Shown here: piece by piece, positions 29,484 through 40,720 of the stretch
How positions within the stretch are numbered: the first letter of the stretch is position 1
Layout of the letters: each line of letters begins with the position of its first letter
Made by a program: the position numbers and the translations under genes
Notes under the pieces: model-generated
What the model was told of the DNA's origin: nothing
What the model saw: only the letters and a program-made list of their open reading frames with translations
The model's database searches: none
IMG/VR virus record: IMGVR_UViG_3300035180_001847
Location: 41,456 to 105,455 of that record
DNA from: a virus
Direction: 5' to 3' (one strand)
DNA length: 64,000 nucleotides

Positions 29484-32400
29484 ATGGCGGCTAAAGATTA
29501 TACATTATTATTGAAAGCATCCATCGATTCAACTACACTGCAATCTCAAATAGATGCCTTGTCTGAGAAATATTCAATTAACTTAAAGATAAATGCAGAT
29601 GATACGGCAATAGCCAATTTACAGACTAAAGTGCAACAGGTACAATCTCAATTAGCACAAACTCCAAATACCGATTGGATAAATGCTATGAGTACCGAAG
29701 AAGCATTAGATATAATTAAACAAAAAATTGAAGATATACAAGCATCTGGAAAAGGCATGAACGTTGGATATACAATATCCAGTGTTCCCGCGCAGGATGA
29801 AAATGGCGATTCTTTTGATGCGGTTACTAAAGCCACAATGAGTTATACTGATGCTCTTGGAAATTTACAAACAGCGACATTGAAATATGATGAATCTTCC
29901 AATATGCTTGTTGAATCCAACAACAAACTTTCTGAGAGCATGGCTCAAATTCAATCTCAAGCAATAAAAGAAAATGCTATTTTTGACGCGCAACAAAAAA
30001 CAATAGAGAGATTACAAACCTCTGCCAGTGAATTTTTGGCTAAATCAAAATTATTAGATCAAGGTAATCCAAATGTCCAAAGTGCGGTTGCAATTGCCAA
30101 ACAAATGACTGATGGCGCGGATAGGTCATCCGAAGAAATGATTAAACTTGGGGAAGCTCTAAAAATTGCTAAAGCGGGAATTGATGGCACTAAAGTATCC
30201 GCTTTATCCTTTGCTGAAGGCATGAGAAATGCAATTGTTAGAACCACTGAGTATGCTTTATCAGTGGGTTTATTGTATGGAGCTTTAAATCAATTGAAAC
30301 AAGGTATTCAATATATCATTGATTTGAATGCTGAAATGACAAAAATTCAAGTATTACAGGTTGAAGGTGCAAAAACAACGGAGCAAATAAATTCTTTGGC
30401 TGGGAGTTTCAACAATTTAGCTAAAGAATTGGGGACAACGACCATAGAAGTTGCAAAAGGCAGTGTGGAATGGTTGCGGCAGGGTAAGACAATTGCTGAA
30501 ACACAAGAACTGATTAAATCAACAATGATGTTGAGCAAGTTGGGTGCATTGGATTCCGCTTCTGCAACTGAGGATTTGACGGCTGTTTTGAATGGATTTC
30601 AAATGCAGGCTAGTGATGCGAGTAGGGTTGTAGATAAGTTGGTTGCAATAGATAACATAGCGGCAACCTCGGCGGGAGAATTATCTTCAGCATTACAATA
30701 TTCTTCTGCCGTTGCAAATGAAACGGGTGTTTCATTTGATAACCTGACGGCATATATTGCAACAGCATCTTCACGAACAAGATTGAGCGCAGAGATGATT
30801 GGACAAGCATTCCGAACAATGTTTACAAGAATGCAATCAGTGAAATCTGGTGCAATAGATGAAACTGGAATGAATTTGAATGCTGTTGAAAAATCCCTTC
30901 ATGGAGTTGGAATAGCTTTAAGAGATTCAACAGATTCGTTTAGGCCTTTGGAAGATGTAATTGCTGATGTTGCTGGAAAATGGAAAACATTAGATGAAGT
31001 TCAACGCGCTCAAATTGCAACGGCAATTGCTGGTCAACGTCAATCACAAATATTTCAAGTATTGATGCAAAATTGGGGAGATGTAGCCAAATATGTTTCC
31101 GCTGAAACAGATTCGGTTGGATTGGCTACACAACGTTACGACATATATTTGAAATCTGTTGCCGCATCTCAAGCTAAGTTTGCAGATTCCCTACAGGCAT
31201 TATGGCAATCAACCATTTCATCTGGAATGATAACGTGGTGGATAGATTTGGGAACGGCTTTGCTGAATGTTTTTTCAAATGCGGGTGGATTAAATTCGGT
31301 TATTTTAATTTTGACGGAAAGTTTTTTGATTTGGAAAAGTGCCGCCATTGGTGGTGCAATAGCATCTTTGTTTGATTTTGTGTCAACTGTCAAATCGGCG
31401 AATGCCGCTTTATTGGTAATGGATGCTGAAATTGACGCGAATCCTCTTGGATTATTTGCTGCTGCTTTGGCCGCTGTAACTATTGGAGTAATGGCTTGGA
31501 AAAATTCAATTCAAACCACTGATGATAAAATAAAATCATTAAACAAAGATATAGATGATTTAAATTCAAAATTAAATAAGGATAAAAGTGGTGCTGACAA
31601 CCTGAGAAGTTTAACATCCGAGTTGGAAAATTTAAGGTCAAAAACAAGTTTGACAATAGATGAACAACAAAGGATGTTTGATATCCAACAGCAGATACGA
31701 GATATTTTACCGAGCGTGGCGGGACATTATGATGACGAAGGGCATTTCATATTAGATGATAGCGTATCTTTATCAAAATTAGTTGATTTAAAAAATCAAG
31801 AATTGGAATTGGATAGAAAAAAGCTGGAAGAAAAAACCATCGATAGAATAAAGACAGAGACGCAAGCATATAAAGAGCAAATTGCCGTCCTTGATAGAAT
31901 GGTTCATCCAGTCACAGAAAGACAGTATGTTCCTGGAAAAGGCATGACGTTTATATCACCAGAAGATATTGCCAATCAAAAACAAGCCATTGCTGATTTG
32001 ATTGATAGCATAAAAAGCGATTTTTCTGGATTAACTCTTACAGAACAAAGAAATCAAATAAAAATGATTTCGGATGCGCTTCAAGGAATGGGAACTACGG
32101 GAAAAGTTGCCGCTCAAGAATTAGCAACATCATTAACGAATGCGCTAGAAGCGGTTTCTCATGATGCAAGAGATAATAAGACTGCCATTCAATCAATAAA
32201 TGAAACATATCAAGATTTTCAATCTACAATAAAAACTCTCACGGACACTAATAAAATCCTTGATGATTTGATGGCTAAATCTGAAACGGGAAAATTTACA
32301 TATTCAGATATTGAAGCATTGGCAAAAGCATATCCTGATTACTTAAATGTTCTTAGAGATGAAAATGGTCAATTAACCATAAACACCGATGCAATTAGAC

Positions 32401-33743
32401 AATATCAAGTTGCACAGGCTAAGGCCGCGCTTGCTTCGGCGCAAAGTTCACATGCAACAGCAGAAGTAATAAAAATCCTGCAAGATTATGTGAATCAAAT
32501 GCAGGGGGCAACGACTGTTACTTGGAATGGAGCGCAAGTATCCAAGCAAGCATTCGACCAAATGCTATGGGCTGTTGCCAATAATGCCGCTGAATCTGGA
32601 AATAAGTTTAGGGATATGACGGGCGATGCCTTAAATAGCGCACAAGCCATTTATGATTATATGTCTGCCAGCAACGCTAATTTCAATGATTTTATTAGAC
32701 AAGCGGCAGATATAACTGGTCACAGCGTTGAGGATATAACAAATCAAATAAATGGAATGTTAAATGCGACTGCGGTAAACGTAGACAATCTTATTGCATT
32801 ATTAGGACGTTCAGCGGGAGCTTATGCCGCAAGATTACAGGGATTGGCTAATCTATATGGAATGCAACAACCAGTGTCCACCATATTCAATCCAGCCCCT
32901 GTTGGCTATCAATATGTTGGTGGATTATCTGATTTACAAAAAGGATTAGATTCCGCTTCATCTGCGGCCGACAAATTAAAGACCGCATTGAATGATGCGG
33001 CAACAGCAGCGGAAAATTCTTTGAATAAACAATTAGATGGTTATAAAAATTTAATTGACGCAAGAAAAAAACTTTTAGATTCATTGCAAGCGGAAAAAAA
33101 TTATAATCAAGAAATTGGCGATAAGAACAAAGCGATTCTTGATATTCAGAATAAATTGGCCGCTTTACAGTTTGATACGAGCGAAGAAGCTAATGCTGAA
33201 AGATTGAAACTTCAGGATGAGTTGGCCAAAGCACAAAGAGATTTGCAAAATACAGAGGATCAACATTCAACAGACCAACAAAAAGACGCGCTTGATGCTG
33301 AGTATGCCGCATTTGAAAAGCGAATTAATAGTGCTATTGAGGCCATTAAAGATATTAATGCTAATTCATTGAGTGATTTCGCAACACAACTGGCTGCAAT
33401 ATTGGCTAAATTTAATTTGCCAAGTCATCATTCAGGAGTTGAAGCGGGAATTATTGGCGGTCAGGGATTGAGTTCAAGCGAACAATTTATTAAAGTTATG
33501 AAGGGTGAAGTGGTAGTTAATGAACATCAAATGGCTGGTTTCATAAATAAAACTTTGCCATCAATAACAAACAATGCAATTGGTGGAAATATAACTGTTA
33601 CCATGCCCTTGCAGGTACAAGGAAACTTGGATGCAAGTGTGCTTCCAGCAATAGATGCAATTGTGAATAAAGCGATAAAGAAATTAAATGACAATCTTCA
33701 AAGCAGGGGATTTAATAGAAGAAGCGATATTTTTGCAATATAA
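29484..33743 (+). CDS. Tail tape measure protein (TP901-like core)
   Basis: 1419 aa, helical and Ala-rich; VVDKLVAIDN..ATS..EL..AL and IGQAFRTMF.R core motifs. Confidence 0.92.
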   Translation: MAAKDYTLLLKASIDSTTLQSQIDALSEKYSINLKINADDTAIANLQTKVQQVQSQLAQTPNTDWINAMSTEEALDIIKQKIEDIQASGKGMNVGYTISSVPAQDENGDSFDAVTKATMSYTDALGNLQTATLKYDESSNMLVESNNKLSESMAQIQSQAIKENAIFDAQQKTIERLQTSASEFLAKSKLLDQGNPNVQSAVAIAKQMTDGADRSSEEMIKLGEALKIAKAGIDGTKVSALSFAEGMRNAIVRTTEYALSVGLLYGALNQLKQGIQYIIDLNAEMTKIQVLQVEGAKTTEQINSLAGSFNNLAKELGTTTIEVAKGSVEWLRQGKTIAETQELIKSTMMLSKLGALDSASATEDLTAVLNGFQMQASDASRVVDKLVAIDNIAATSAGELSSALQYSSAVANETGVSFDNLTAYIATASSRTRLSAEMIGQAFRTMFTRMQSVKSGAIDETGMNLNAVEKSLHGVGIALRDSTDSFRPLEDVIADVAGKWKTLDEVQRAQIATAIAGQRQSQIFQVLMQNWGDVAKYVSAETDSVGLATQRYDIYLKSVAASQAKFADSLQALWQSTISSGMITWWIDLGTALLNVFSNAGGLNSVILILTESFLIWKSAAIGGAIASLFDFVSTVKSANAALLVMDAEIDANPLGLFAAALAAVTIGVMAWKNSIQTTDDKIKSLNKDIDDLNSKLNKDKSGADNLRSLTSELENLRSKTSLTIDEQQRMFDIQQQIRDILPSVAGHYDDEGHFILDDSVSLSKLVDLKNQELELDRKKLEEKTIDRIKTETQAYKEQIAVLDRMVHPVTERQYVPGKGMTFISPEDIANQKQAIADLIDSIKSDFSGLTLTEQRNQIKMISDALQGMGTTGKVAAQELATSLTNALEAVSHDARDNKTAIQSINETYQDFQSTIKTLTDTNKILDDLMAKSETGKFTYSDIEALAKAYPDYLNVLRDENGQLTINTDAIRQYQVAQAKAALASAQSSHATAEVIKILQDYVNQMQGATTVTWNGAQVSKQAFDQMLWAVANNAAESGNKFRDMTGDALNSAQAIYDYMSASNANFNDFIRQAADITGHSVEDITNQINGMLNATAVNVDNLIALLGRSAGAYAARLQGLANLYGMQQPVSTIFNPAPVGYQYVGGLSDLQKGLDSASSAADKLKTALNDAATAAENSLNKQLDGYKNLIDARKKLLDSLQAEKNYNQEIGDKNKAILDIQNKLAALQFDTSEEANAERLKLQDELAKAQRDLQNTEDQHSTDQQKDALDAEYAAFEKRINSAIEAIKDINANSLSDFATQLAAILAKFNLPSHHSGVEAGIIGGQGLSSSEQFIKVMKGEVVVNEHQMAGFINKTLPSITNNAIGGNITVTMPLQVQGNLDASVLPAIDAIVNKAIKKLNDNLQSRGFNRRSDIFAI

Positions 33744-33784
33744 GAGTTTCAACAATAATAGTGTATTGCAGTAAAATAATAATT

Positions 33785-33838
33785 TGGGGATAGATTGAAA
33801 TTTATAGACCAATCGATAAGTGACTCGCCACTTCCCCA
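33785..33838 (+). promoter_or_regulatory. Three-way-junction hairpin element between tape measure and Dit genes
   Basis: TGGGGA/TCCCCA closing GATTG/CAATC and AGTG/CACT stems. Confidence 0.45.
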
Positions 33839-33944
33839 TCATAAATTTTCAGACACATATTTAAGAATCTGGTTGATAAAAACATTCTTTTATCAATAGT
33901 AGGAATGTTTTTATTTTAATCCATGAATAATGAAAGGAGGAAAA

Positions 33945-34748
33945 ATGGGATTTTATGGTTCGTCTTTTATTTATGCTGGAATTCCTTCGGAACTATATGA
34001 TATAAGAATTGCTGAATTGAACTCAAATTCATCGGAACAAAAATCAATGGGTTCATCCGACATGGAAATAATAAATAAAAAAATAGCGAGAAGACCCATT
34101 CCATTTTTTTATGCGGCAACACCTTCTCCAGTGTTATCTTTTTCAGTGAGTGCCTATACCAATTCCACCGAAATAGATGCAGAATTTTTTGCATTATTGC
34201 AATCTAAATTTTTTTCAAATAGAAGATATGATGTTTTTCAGGTTATTCAACCAGATATGCAATCTTCATATTGGAATGCAATTCTTAAAAATCCTCAAAT
34301 AACAAGAGTTGGCAATCTTCTTCGAGGAATAACCTTCGATGTAACCTGTGATGCTCCGTATGGATTTGAATTTCCCAAAACAATTACCTATAATTATAAT
34401 GCGGAAACAGTTGATGACCATAAAATATTTAATAATACGAGCCATGATACATGGGATTATGTTTATCCAAATCTTGTTATAACAATCAATAATATTGGCG
34501 GGGATTTAACAATAACAAATTCGGATGATAATAATAGGGTATTTCAATTCACAGGTCTTTTTCCTAATGAGGTTATAACGATGAATTGCGGATTACAAAC
34601 TATTTCGTCCTCTACTGGTTTATTGAGACTTGGGAATTTTAATAAAAATTTTCTTCGTTTTGTGCCAAAATTAAATCATCTTCATATACAGGGTTCTGTT
34701 GCAAGTATTTCTATGACAACACAGTTTATAGCCAAGAAAATAGGATAG
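33945..34748 (+). CDS. Distal tail protein (Dit, YomH-like)
   Basis: Follows the tape measure; CDAPYG and FLRFVP..N.L motifs; start at ATG after AGGAGG. Confidence 0.8.
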   Translation: MGFYGSSFIYAGIPSELYDIRIAELNSNSSEQKSMGSSDMEIINKKIARRPIPFFYAATPSPVLSFSVSAYTNSTEIDAEFFALLQSKFFSNRRYDVFQVIQPDMQSSYWNAILKNPQITRVGNLLRGITFDVTCDAPYGFEFPKTITYNYNAETVDDHKIFNNTSHDTWDYVYPNLVITINNIGGDLTITNSDDNNRVFQFTGLFPNEVITMNCGLQTISSSTGLLRLGNFNKNFLRFVPKLNHLHIQGSVASISMTTQFIAKKIG

Positions 34749-34757
34749 GAGGCGCAA

Positions 34758-37427
34758 ATGCAAGTTAATTTTGATTATTTTAATCAACCAGAACTTCCCA
34801 TTATGATTTTATGCAATCCTGATAAAACAGAGTTGTATTCTTTGGCCGTATATTATGATGCAACATTTACCCCTCGTTTTAATGCTTTGAGTGAATTGAA
34901 ATTTACTTTTCCGCAAAGTATTGATGGGGGAAAAACAATATTGGATGCGTATTCCTATATAAAAAATAAAAGATTGATAAAACTGGATAATTTAGGATAT
35001 TTTCAAATTATTGATGCCGAAGAAGATATGGATGGTACAGTTCCAATAAAAATAGTCGCATGTCAATCTCTTGAAGCAGAACTAATAAATAAAAGAGTTG
35101 TGGCATTCACTGGAACATATAAAATGTGGGACGATATTAACCCAGAAGAAACGCTTCTTCAACAAATGATAAATCTTGCTCCAAGTTGGTCGGTGGCAAG
35201 TGTTGATGCGGAGTTGCAAGTTATGTTCCGCACGTTCTCCATTTCCGATTCAAATATCTATAATTTTTTAATGAATGATGTTGAAACGGCTTTTCAATGC
35301 GTCTTCTTTTTTGATACTATAAATAAAACAATAACCGCAAAAACCCTAGCCAATGCAACAACTAATACAGATATATTTTTAAGTTTTGATAATGTAATAG
35401 ATAAAGCAACTCTAACGGAAAAATCAGACGAAATGTGTACCTGTTTGGCTGTTTCAGGCGGTGGAGGTTTAAGCATAAATTTAGTGAATCCTCTTGGAAC
35501 AAATAAGATATATAATTTTTCATATTATGCAAACACCGATTGGATGAAACAAGATTTAGTGGATGCAATAAACGCTTGGGTTGCTCTTGTTAATTTGAAA
35601 CAGTCAGATTATTCATCAAATTTATTATTGCTTGAAACTTATCAAGGCGACTTGTTGGCATTGCAATCCGATATGGCTCAATATCACTCTGATTTATTGA
35701 GCATTCAGGATTTAATAAAGGTTAGAATACAACAAAATTTACCATATTCAGATTTAAATACTAAACTTGCAAATAAGCAAGCTCAAATAGCATCTCAACA
35801 AACACTGATAGATAATAAAAATTTACAAATAACAACCATCAAGGATAATTTGACGGCAATTAATACCGCTGTCAGTTTTGAAAATAACTTCACGCCATCT
35901 CAGTTATTGGAACTGAATGAATTTATTTATGAAAACACATATCAAAACACAAACATAATTCAAACAGATACAATGACTTTGGTTGAAATTCAACAGCAAT
36001 CACAATCATTATATAATCAGGCGGTTGATGTTTTATCAAGGATTTCTCAGACCAGGTATGAAATTGTCATAGATTCTGTAAATTATCCTGCCCTAAAAGA
36101 ATTTCAAGTTTTTACGCAACAAACAGAGGTTGGATGCTTGGTCACGGCAGAATTATCGAATGGTTCATTTATATCAACTGTATTATTGGAAATGCAAATA
36201 AATTTAAATGATCCAAGCAAATTTACCATGACGTTTAGCAATAGATTGAGAATGGATGGAGCAAATTTTATTTATTCTGATCTAATGGGTTCTGTTCAAA
36301 AAACTGGTTCAACTGTTTCATTTAACAGTAGTCAATGGAGTAATTGGGAACAGCAATATAAAAATGATGTTACAACATTTATTTCTTCTGCTTTAAATAC
36401 TGCTAACAATAATTTGATAAGTAATTCAAATCAAGAAATAACCATTAATCAAAATGGATTAATTGGTCGTTCTTTTGACCCATCAACAGGGTCGTTTAAA
36501 GACAATCAGGTTTGGTTAACCAATAATATGCTTGCATTTAGCGATGATAAGTTTCAAACATCTAAATTAGCTTTAGGACAAATCACGTCCCCCACTGGAA
36601 GTCAGGTGTACGGAGTAGTGGGAAATTATATCGTTGGACATATTTTGGCGGGAAATCAACTTACTATATCTAATGATAAAAATAATTTTATTTTAGATTC
36701 TACTGGAGCATATTTAAACAATGCCAAATTGACACTGCAAACATTAAATACTAAAATAATCATAGACCCAACATCCACCAATTCATTCTCTATTCAAAAA
36801 AATGAAGGTGGAACATTTAAGAATAAATTCTGGGTTGATAATACTGGAAACGTGAATTTTTCGGGAGTGTTGACTGGTAATTCTGGTTCAATTGGCGGGT
36901 GGAATATTACTTCAACTGGAATATCCAATGGCACAAATTATATTAATAGCGATGGAACAATGAAGATTGGTGTATTGACCGTCACTCCAACAGGCGGAAT
37001 TTTTAATGGAAGTGTTAGTGCATCAAGTATAACTGGTTTGATTCAGGCCAATCAAATTGTTGGATTGCCAGGTTCTCAAATTACAAGTGGTACTATAACT
37101 GTTCCAAGTGAATTATCAACCACTGGAACAATTACATGGCCTGGAGTCACAATGGGAACAACATCAACCGGATATTCATATATATTAGCCGATTATAACA
37201 TAACAATAGGAATTGAAAACAATAATGACTTAGCCATTTTTAAGGATCAAGTAGTTCTCAGAAATGAATCGGGTTCGGGTGTTGACGTGCATGGTGGTTC
37301 TTTTAGAGTGATTGGCTCTTTTTCTATTAATGGATATACGGGGGTTTCAATTGGATACGCGGTAACAACACCTTATGGAACAAAATATTTATATTTTGCC
37401 AATGGAATTTTATATAACTTTACATAG
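34758..37427 (+). CDS. Tail tip/baseplate hub protein (Tal, YomG-like)
   Basis: Follows Dit; VNPLG...IYNFSYY; coiled coil; beta-rich C-terminus with GSIGGW. Confidence 0.8.
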   Translation: MQVNFDYFNQPELPIMILCNPDKTELYSLAVYYDATFTPRFNALSELKFTFPQSIDGGKTILDAYSYIKNKRLIKLDNLGYFQIIDAEEDMDGTVPIKIVACQSLEAELINKRVVAFTGTYKMWDDINPEETLLQQMINLAPSWSVASVDAELQVMFRTFSISDSNIYNFLMNDVETAFQCVFFFDTINKTITAKTLANATTNTDIFLSFDNVIDKATLTEKSDEMCTCLAVSGGGGLSINLVNPLGTNKIYNFSYYANTDWMKQDLVDAINAWVALVNLKQSDYSSNLLLLETYQGDLLALQSDMAQYHSDLLSIQDLIKVRIQQNLPYSDLNTKLANKQAQIASQQTLIDNKNLQITTIKDNLTAINTAVSFENNFTPSQLLELNEFIYENTYQNTNIIQTDTMTLVEIQQQSQSLYNQAVDVLSRISQTRYEIVIDSVNYPALKEFQVFTQQTEVGCLVTAELSNGSFISTVLLEMQINLNDPSKFTMTFSNRLRMDGANFIYSDLMGSVQKTGSTVSFNSSQWSNWEQQYKNDVTTFISSALNTANNNLISNSNQEITINQNGLIGRSFDPSTGSFKDNQVWLTNNMLAFSDDKFQTSKLALGQITSPTGSQVYGVVGNYIVGHILAGNQLTISNDKNNFILDSTGAYLNNAKLTLQTLNTKIIIDPTSTNSFSIQKNEGGTFKNKFWVDNTGNVNFSGVLTGNSGSIGGWNITSTGISNGTNYINSDGTMKIGVLTVTPTGGIFNGSVSASSITGLIQANQIVGLPGSQITSGTITVPSELSTTGTITWPGVTMGTTSTGYSYILADYNITIGIENNNDLAIFKDQVVLRNESGSGVDVHGGSFRVIGSFSINGYTGVSIGYAVTTPYGTKYLYFANGILYNFT

Positions 37428-37442
37428 AAAGGAGGATAAAAA

Positions 37443-37634
37443 ATGGACTATATTATTACACAGGAAAATTTGAATCAATTGATGCAAATAGATGCACGTT
37501 TGGCTGTTATAGAAGTGAGGGGGGATTCCGTAGAGCATTTACTTACATGCCGTTTATCTTTAAAAAGAATAGTTGAATCCCTAAAACAAGTTGATGAAAG
37601 CAAAAATATTGAGAAAGAAATAAAGGAGGAGTAA
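37443..37634 (+). CDS. Small hypothetical protein
   Basis: AGGAGG RBS. Confidence 0.6.
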   Translation: MDYIITQENLNQLMQIDARLAVIEVRGDSVEHLLTCRLSLKRIVESLKQVDESKNIEKEIKEE

Positions 37635-37640
37635 TCAACA

Positions 37641-38000
37641 ATGTCTTCTTTTCAAAATTTTTCAATCATAAATTCATTGCCAGATTTTAGCATGATTGCT
37701 GGGAATGAATATACTTTGATATATAATGTCTATGAACAAGATGAAATAACTCCTCTCGATCTTGGAGGAGCGACATGCTATGTTGTTTTAAGTCCTTATG
37801 GTCAAACAGATTATAATATCCTTCAAAAAACGGCAACCATTACATCAACAAATACTTTTCAGGTTGTTTTTTCAGGAACAGACACGGCAGCATTAAGTGG
37901 ATGGTATATTCAACAACCTGTCGTATATAGTTTTACTGGAAACGAATATCGCCCATCACAAGGAAGAATTTTTATAAGTCCGCAAATTCCTGTTGTTTAA
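37641..38000 (+). CDS. BppU-like baseplate protein
   Basis: PLDL.GAT...DT..L.G.Y..Q pattern. Confidence 0.55.
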   Translation: MSSFQNFSIINSLPDFSMIAGNEYTLIYNVYEQDEITPLDLGGATCYVVLSPYGQTDYNILQKTATITSTNTFQVVFSGTDTAALSGWYIQQPVVYSFTGNEYRPSQGRIFISPQIPVV

Positions 38001-38085
38001 AGATGCGCATTGGGGATATTGGGGGATATTTAACAATATTCAAAATATCAATAAATATTATCAATAAAAAGGAGAAAGAATAAGC

Positions 38086-38490
38086 ATGATTACATACACA
38101 TCGTCCAATAAGACCATTGACTATTTGTTTGGTGGTTCTTCATTTGTAGTTCCATCAACTCTATATTTTGGACTATCAACTACACCCATAAATATAGATG
38201 GAACTGGTGCGACAGAACCATCTGGTGCTGGATATGCAAGAGTTCCTCTTGTAAATAATAAAATAAATTGGAGTAGTGCATCAAATGGTATTATAACAAA
38301 TTCCGCTCCCGTAACATTTCCAACATCAACTGCTTCGTGGGGAACAATAACCACTGTGTTTATTGCTGATGCATTAACATCTGGGAATATTTGGTTTTAT
38401 GATACCCTCACCCCTTCTCGTTCAGTTGCATCTTCAACAACGGTTTTGTTTGCAATTGGAGCGATAACAATTCAAATGAATAATACTTAA
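38086..38490 (+). CDS. Tail fibre-associated structural protein
   Basis: LY.GLST...TEPSG.GYARV...FPTSTASWGTIT...DA.T.GN pattern. Confidence 0.7.
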   Translation: MITYTSSNKTIDYLFGGSSFVVPSTLYFGLSTTPINIDGTGATEPSGAGYARVPLVNNKINWSSASNGIITNSAPVTFPTSTASWGTITTVFIADALTSGNIWFYDTLTPSRSVASSTTVLFAIGAITIQMNNT

Positions 38491-38508
38491 TTTTTAGGAT
38501 TTATTATA

Positions 38509-38985
38509 ATGCAAATAAATAAAAAGACGTTTACATTAATAAACCGAATAAGTCAATCCTTTGATATTGCCATAAATAATTTTGCATTTGCTGTAACATT
38601 TTTATTTAGAATAAAACCAAAAATAATAATTGATTATATTGCATCTTTTATATCTTATGCCACAGTTGTTTTATATATAAAATCAATCAAAAGTTCATAT
38701 ATTGCTTCTTACATATATAATCAGGTACAAATCATAAATAATAAAACAATAAAAGCTGTTTATGCAATATCAGAAATAATGAATGCTGCTTCAACCATAA
38801 ATATAAAAAACACCATTGTTTTTATTTCTAATGCTATACAATATGCAACAACAATAATTGACAATAAAAAAATATCAATTATAGCGAATCCAACGATTGC
38901 CGTATTTTTTACTTTAGGCGATCACGATTCCAGTGCGTTATCAGTATTAGACCCTAAAACATTGGGTGCGTTGGATTACAGTTAA
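38509..38985 (+). CDS. Hypothetical virion protein
   Basis: In-operon ORF. Confidence 0.5.
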   Translation: MQINKKTFTLINRISQSFDIAINNFAFAVTFLFRIKPKIIIDYIASFISYATVVLYIKSIKSSYIASYIYNQVQIINNKTIKAVYAISEIMNAASTINIKNTIVFISNAIQYATTIIDNKKISIIANPTIAVFFTLGDHDSSALSVLDPKTLGALDYS

Positions 38986-39010
38986 TTATAAAATAGAAGG
39001 AGGAAAATAA

Positions 39011-40606
39011 ATGACAACTACTACTCCAAATTTGGGGTTGACGTTATATGATTCTTCAACTGATACATCTGTGCTATTTTCAACCTTTCGGGCTGTTTGG
39101 GGCGGGACAGCACCGACATCAAATTTCTATAAAATAGATACCGCTTATGGGGTTCAAGCCTCTCAGATTGCAAATTTAATGAATACGCGAGGTGCAATTC
39201 CAGTTTCAGCATTATTTAGTTCTGCAAATTATTATGTTGCAAATGGGGTTTCAGACATTACAGCATACACGGCAGGAATGACAATTATCTTGAATGTTGA
39301 TACGACAAGTAACGGAACTGTAACACTGAACATAAATTCGCTTGGAATTATTTCTGTTATGAAGGTTGATTCAACTGGAACTCCAATAAATTTGACGGGT
39401 TCAGATTTAGTCAAAGGCAGACAATACTTAATGGTTTACGATGGAGCGAGATGGCTTTGGGTTTCCGCTAATTCTGCTGACCAAATTCAAATTGTTGGAA
39501 CATCTGGAAATGTTGTAACCGTTGGAGCTACTAATAATTTGGATGGTTCTTTAACACAATCATCACTTATATCCAATACATTACATGCCGCAATAGTTAA
39601 AACAACTTTGAATGATAATGATGAATTTGGTATATCAGATAGTGCCGCATCCAATATTCTTAAAAAAGCAACGTGGGCAAATATTAGGGCAACGCTCAAA
39701 ACATATTTAGACACCCTATATATGTCTTTGGTTGCCCCTGGTGCATCCGGCAACGTAATGACATCAAATGGCTCGGCGTGGGTATCATCTGTACCAAGTA
39801 AATTGCCATTCAATGGCACATACGGAGATGGCTCAGATGGTGACGCAACCATTTCCAGTACCGTTACGCTCACACGCGACATGTTTTATAACAATCTAAC
39901 TATTACTGGCTCTGGCGTGTTAATTCCCGCCGGATATATTATCTATGTGAGCGGCAACCTTACCATTCAGTCAGGTGGCATCATTGCCGCGAATGGCTCA
40001 AATGGCGCGATTGGTTCAGGTGGCAACGGTGGTGCAGGCGGTGCTGGGGCGGTTGGAACAACATTGCATTATCCAATAGCAACCAGTGGTAGCGCAGGTG
40101 GTAACAGCGGCGGCGTTGGAACGGTAAACGGCACAAGCGGCACATCTGGGGTATCACAAAACACTTCGACCCTTGCGCCCATATCGATGAGAGCGGGTGG
40201 TGGTGGCGGTGGTGGTGGCGGACATGGTTCATCTCCCACCAATGGCAGTAATTCAGCAGGCTCCTTATTCGGTGCAAGAGGTGGAAACGGCGGAGCTACA
40301 ACCAGCACAACAAACATTTCCTCTGCTGGTGGTGGTGGCGGCGGCGGTGGCGGAGTTATTGATGTGCGCGCATACATTATCGGTAACGCTGGTTCAATTC
40401 AGGCACTTGGCGGTAACGGTGGAGACGCGCAAGGCGGAGCCAACGGTGGTGGTGGCGGTGGTGGCGGTGGTGGTTGTATTTCTGTCATCTATCACTCAAC
40501 CACTGGAAACGGAATTGGAACTCTCAACGTCAACGGCGGCGCGGCTGGTGCTAGTGGTTCAGCTTCGGTGGGTGCTAATGGATATACAATGACAACGCAA
40601 ATTTAA
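39011..40606 (+). CDS. Tail fibre/receptor-binding protein with glycine-rich C-terminal domain
   Basis: TTPNLGL start; TLNINSLG; KKATWANIRATLKTYLDTLY linker; poly-Gly tracts. Confidence 0.8.
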   Translation: MTTTTPNLGLTLYDSSTDTSVLFSTFRAVWGGTAPTSNFYKIDTAYGVQASQIANLMNTRGAIPVSALFSSANYYVANGVSDITAYTAGMTIILNVDTTSNGTVTLNINSLGIISVMKVDSTGTPINLTGSDLVKGRQYLMVYDGARWLWVSANSADQIQIVGTSGNVVTVGATNNLDGSLTQSSLISNTLHAAIVKTTLNDNDEFGISDSAASNILKKATWANIRATLKTYLDTLYMSLVAPGASGNVMTSNGSAWVSSVPSKLPFNGTYGDGSDGDATISSTVTLTRDMFYNNLTITGSGVLIPAGYIIYVSGNLTIQSGGIIAANGSNGAIGSGGNGGAGGAGAVGTTLHYPIATSGSAGGNSGGVGTVNGTSGTSGVSQNTSTLAPISMRAGGGGGGGGGHGSSPTNGSNSAGSLFGARGGNGGATTSTTNISSAGGGGGGGGGVIDVRAYIIGNAGSIQALGGNGGDAQGGANGGGGGGGGGGCISVIYHSTTGNGIGTLNVNGGAAGASGSASVGANGYTMTTQI

Positions 40607-40637
40607 TCAAAGGAAAAATTAAGGACGGTCAAAAAAC

Positions 40638-40667
40638 AAAAGCCAGTCAATTTTTGACTGGCTTTTT
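40638..40667. terminator. Bidirectional terminator between the convergent arms
   Basis: AAAAGCCAGTCAA-TTT-TTGACTGGCTTTTT. Confidence 0.85.
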
Positions 40668-40720
40668 GATTATTTCAACACGATGGAAACTATTGATATT
40701 TATTTTTTATGAAACGTGCT

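Noticed and set aside
39981-40592. His-, Pro- and Val-rich ORFs overlapping the tail fibre
   Set aside because: Alternative-frame products of GGT/GGC poly-Gly codons.
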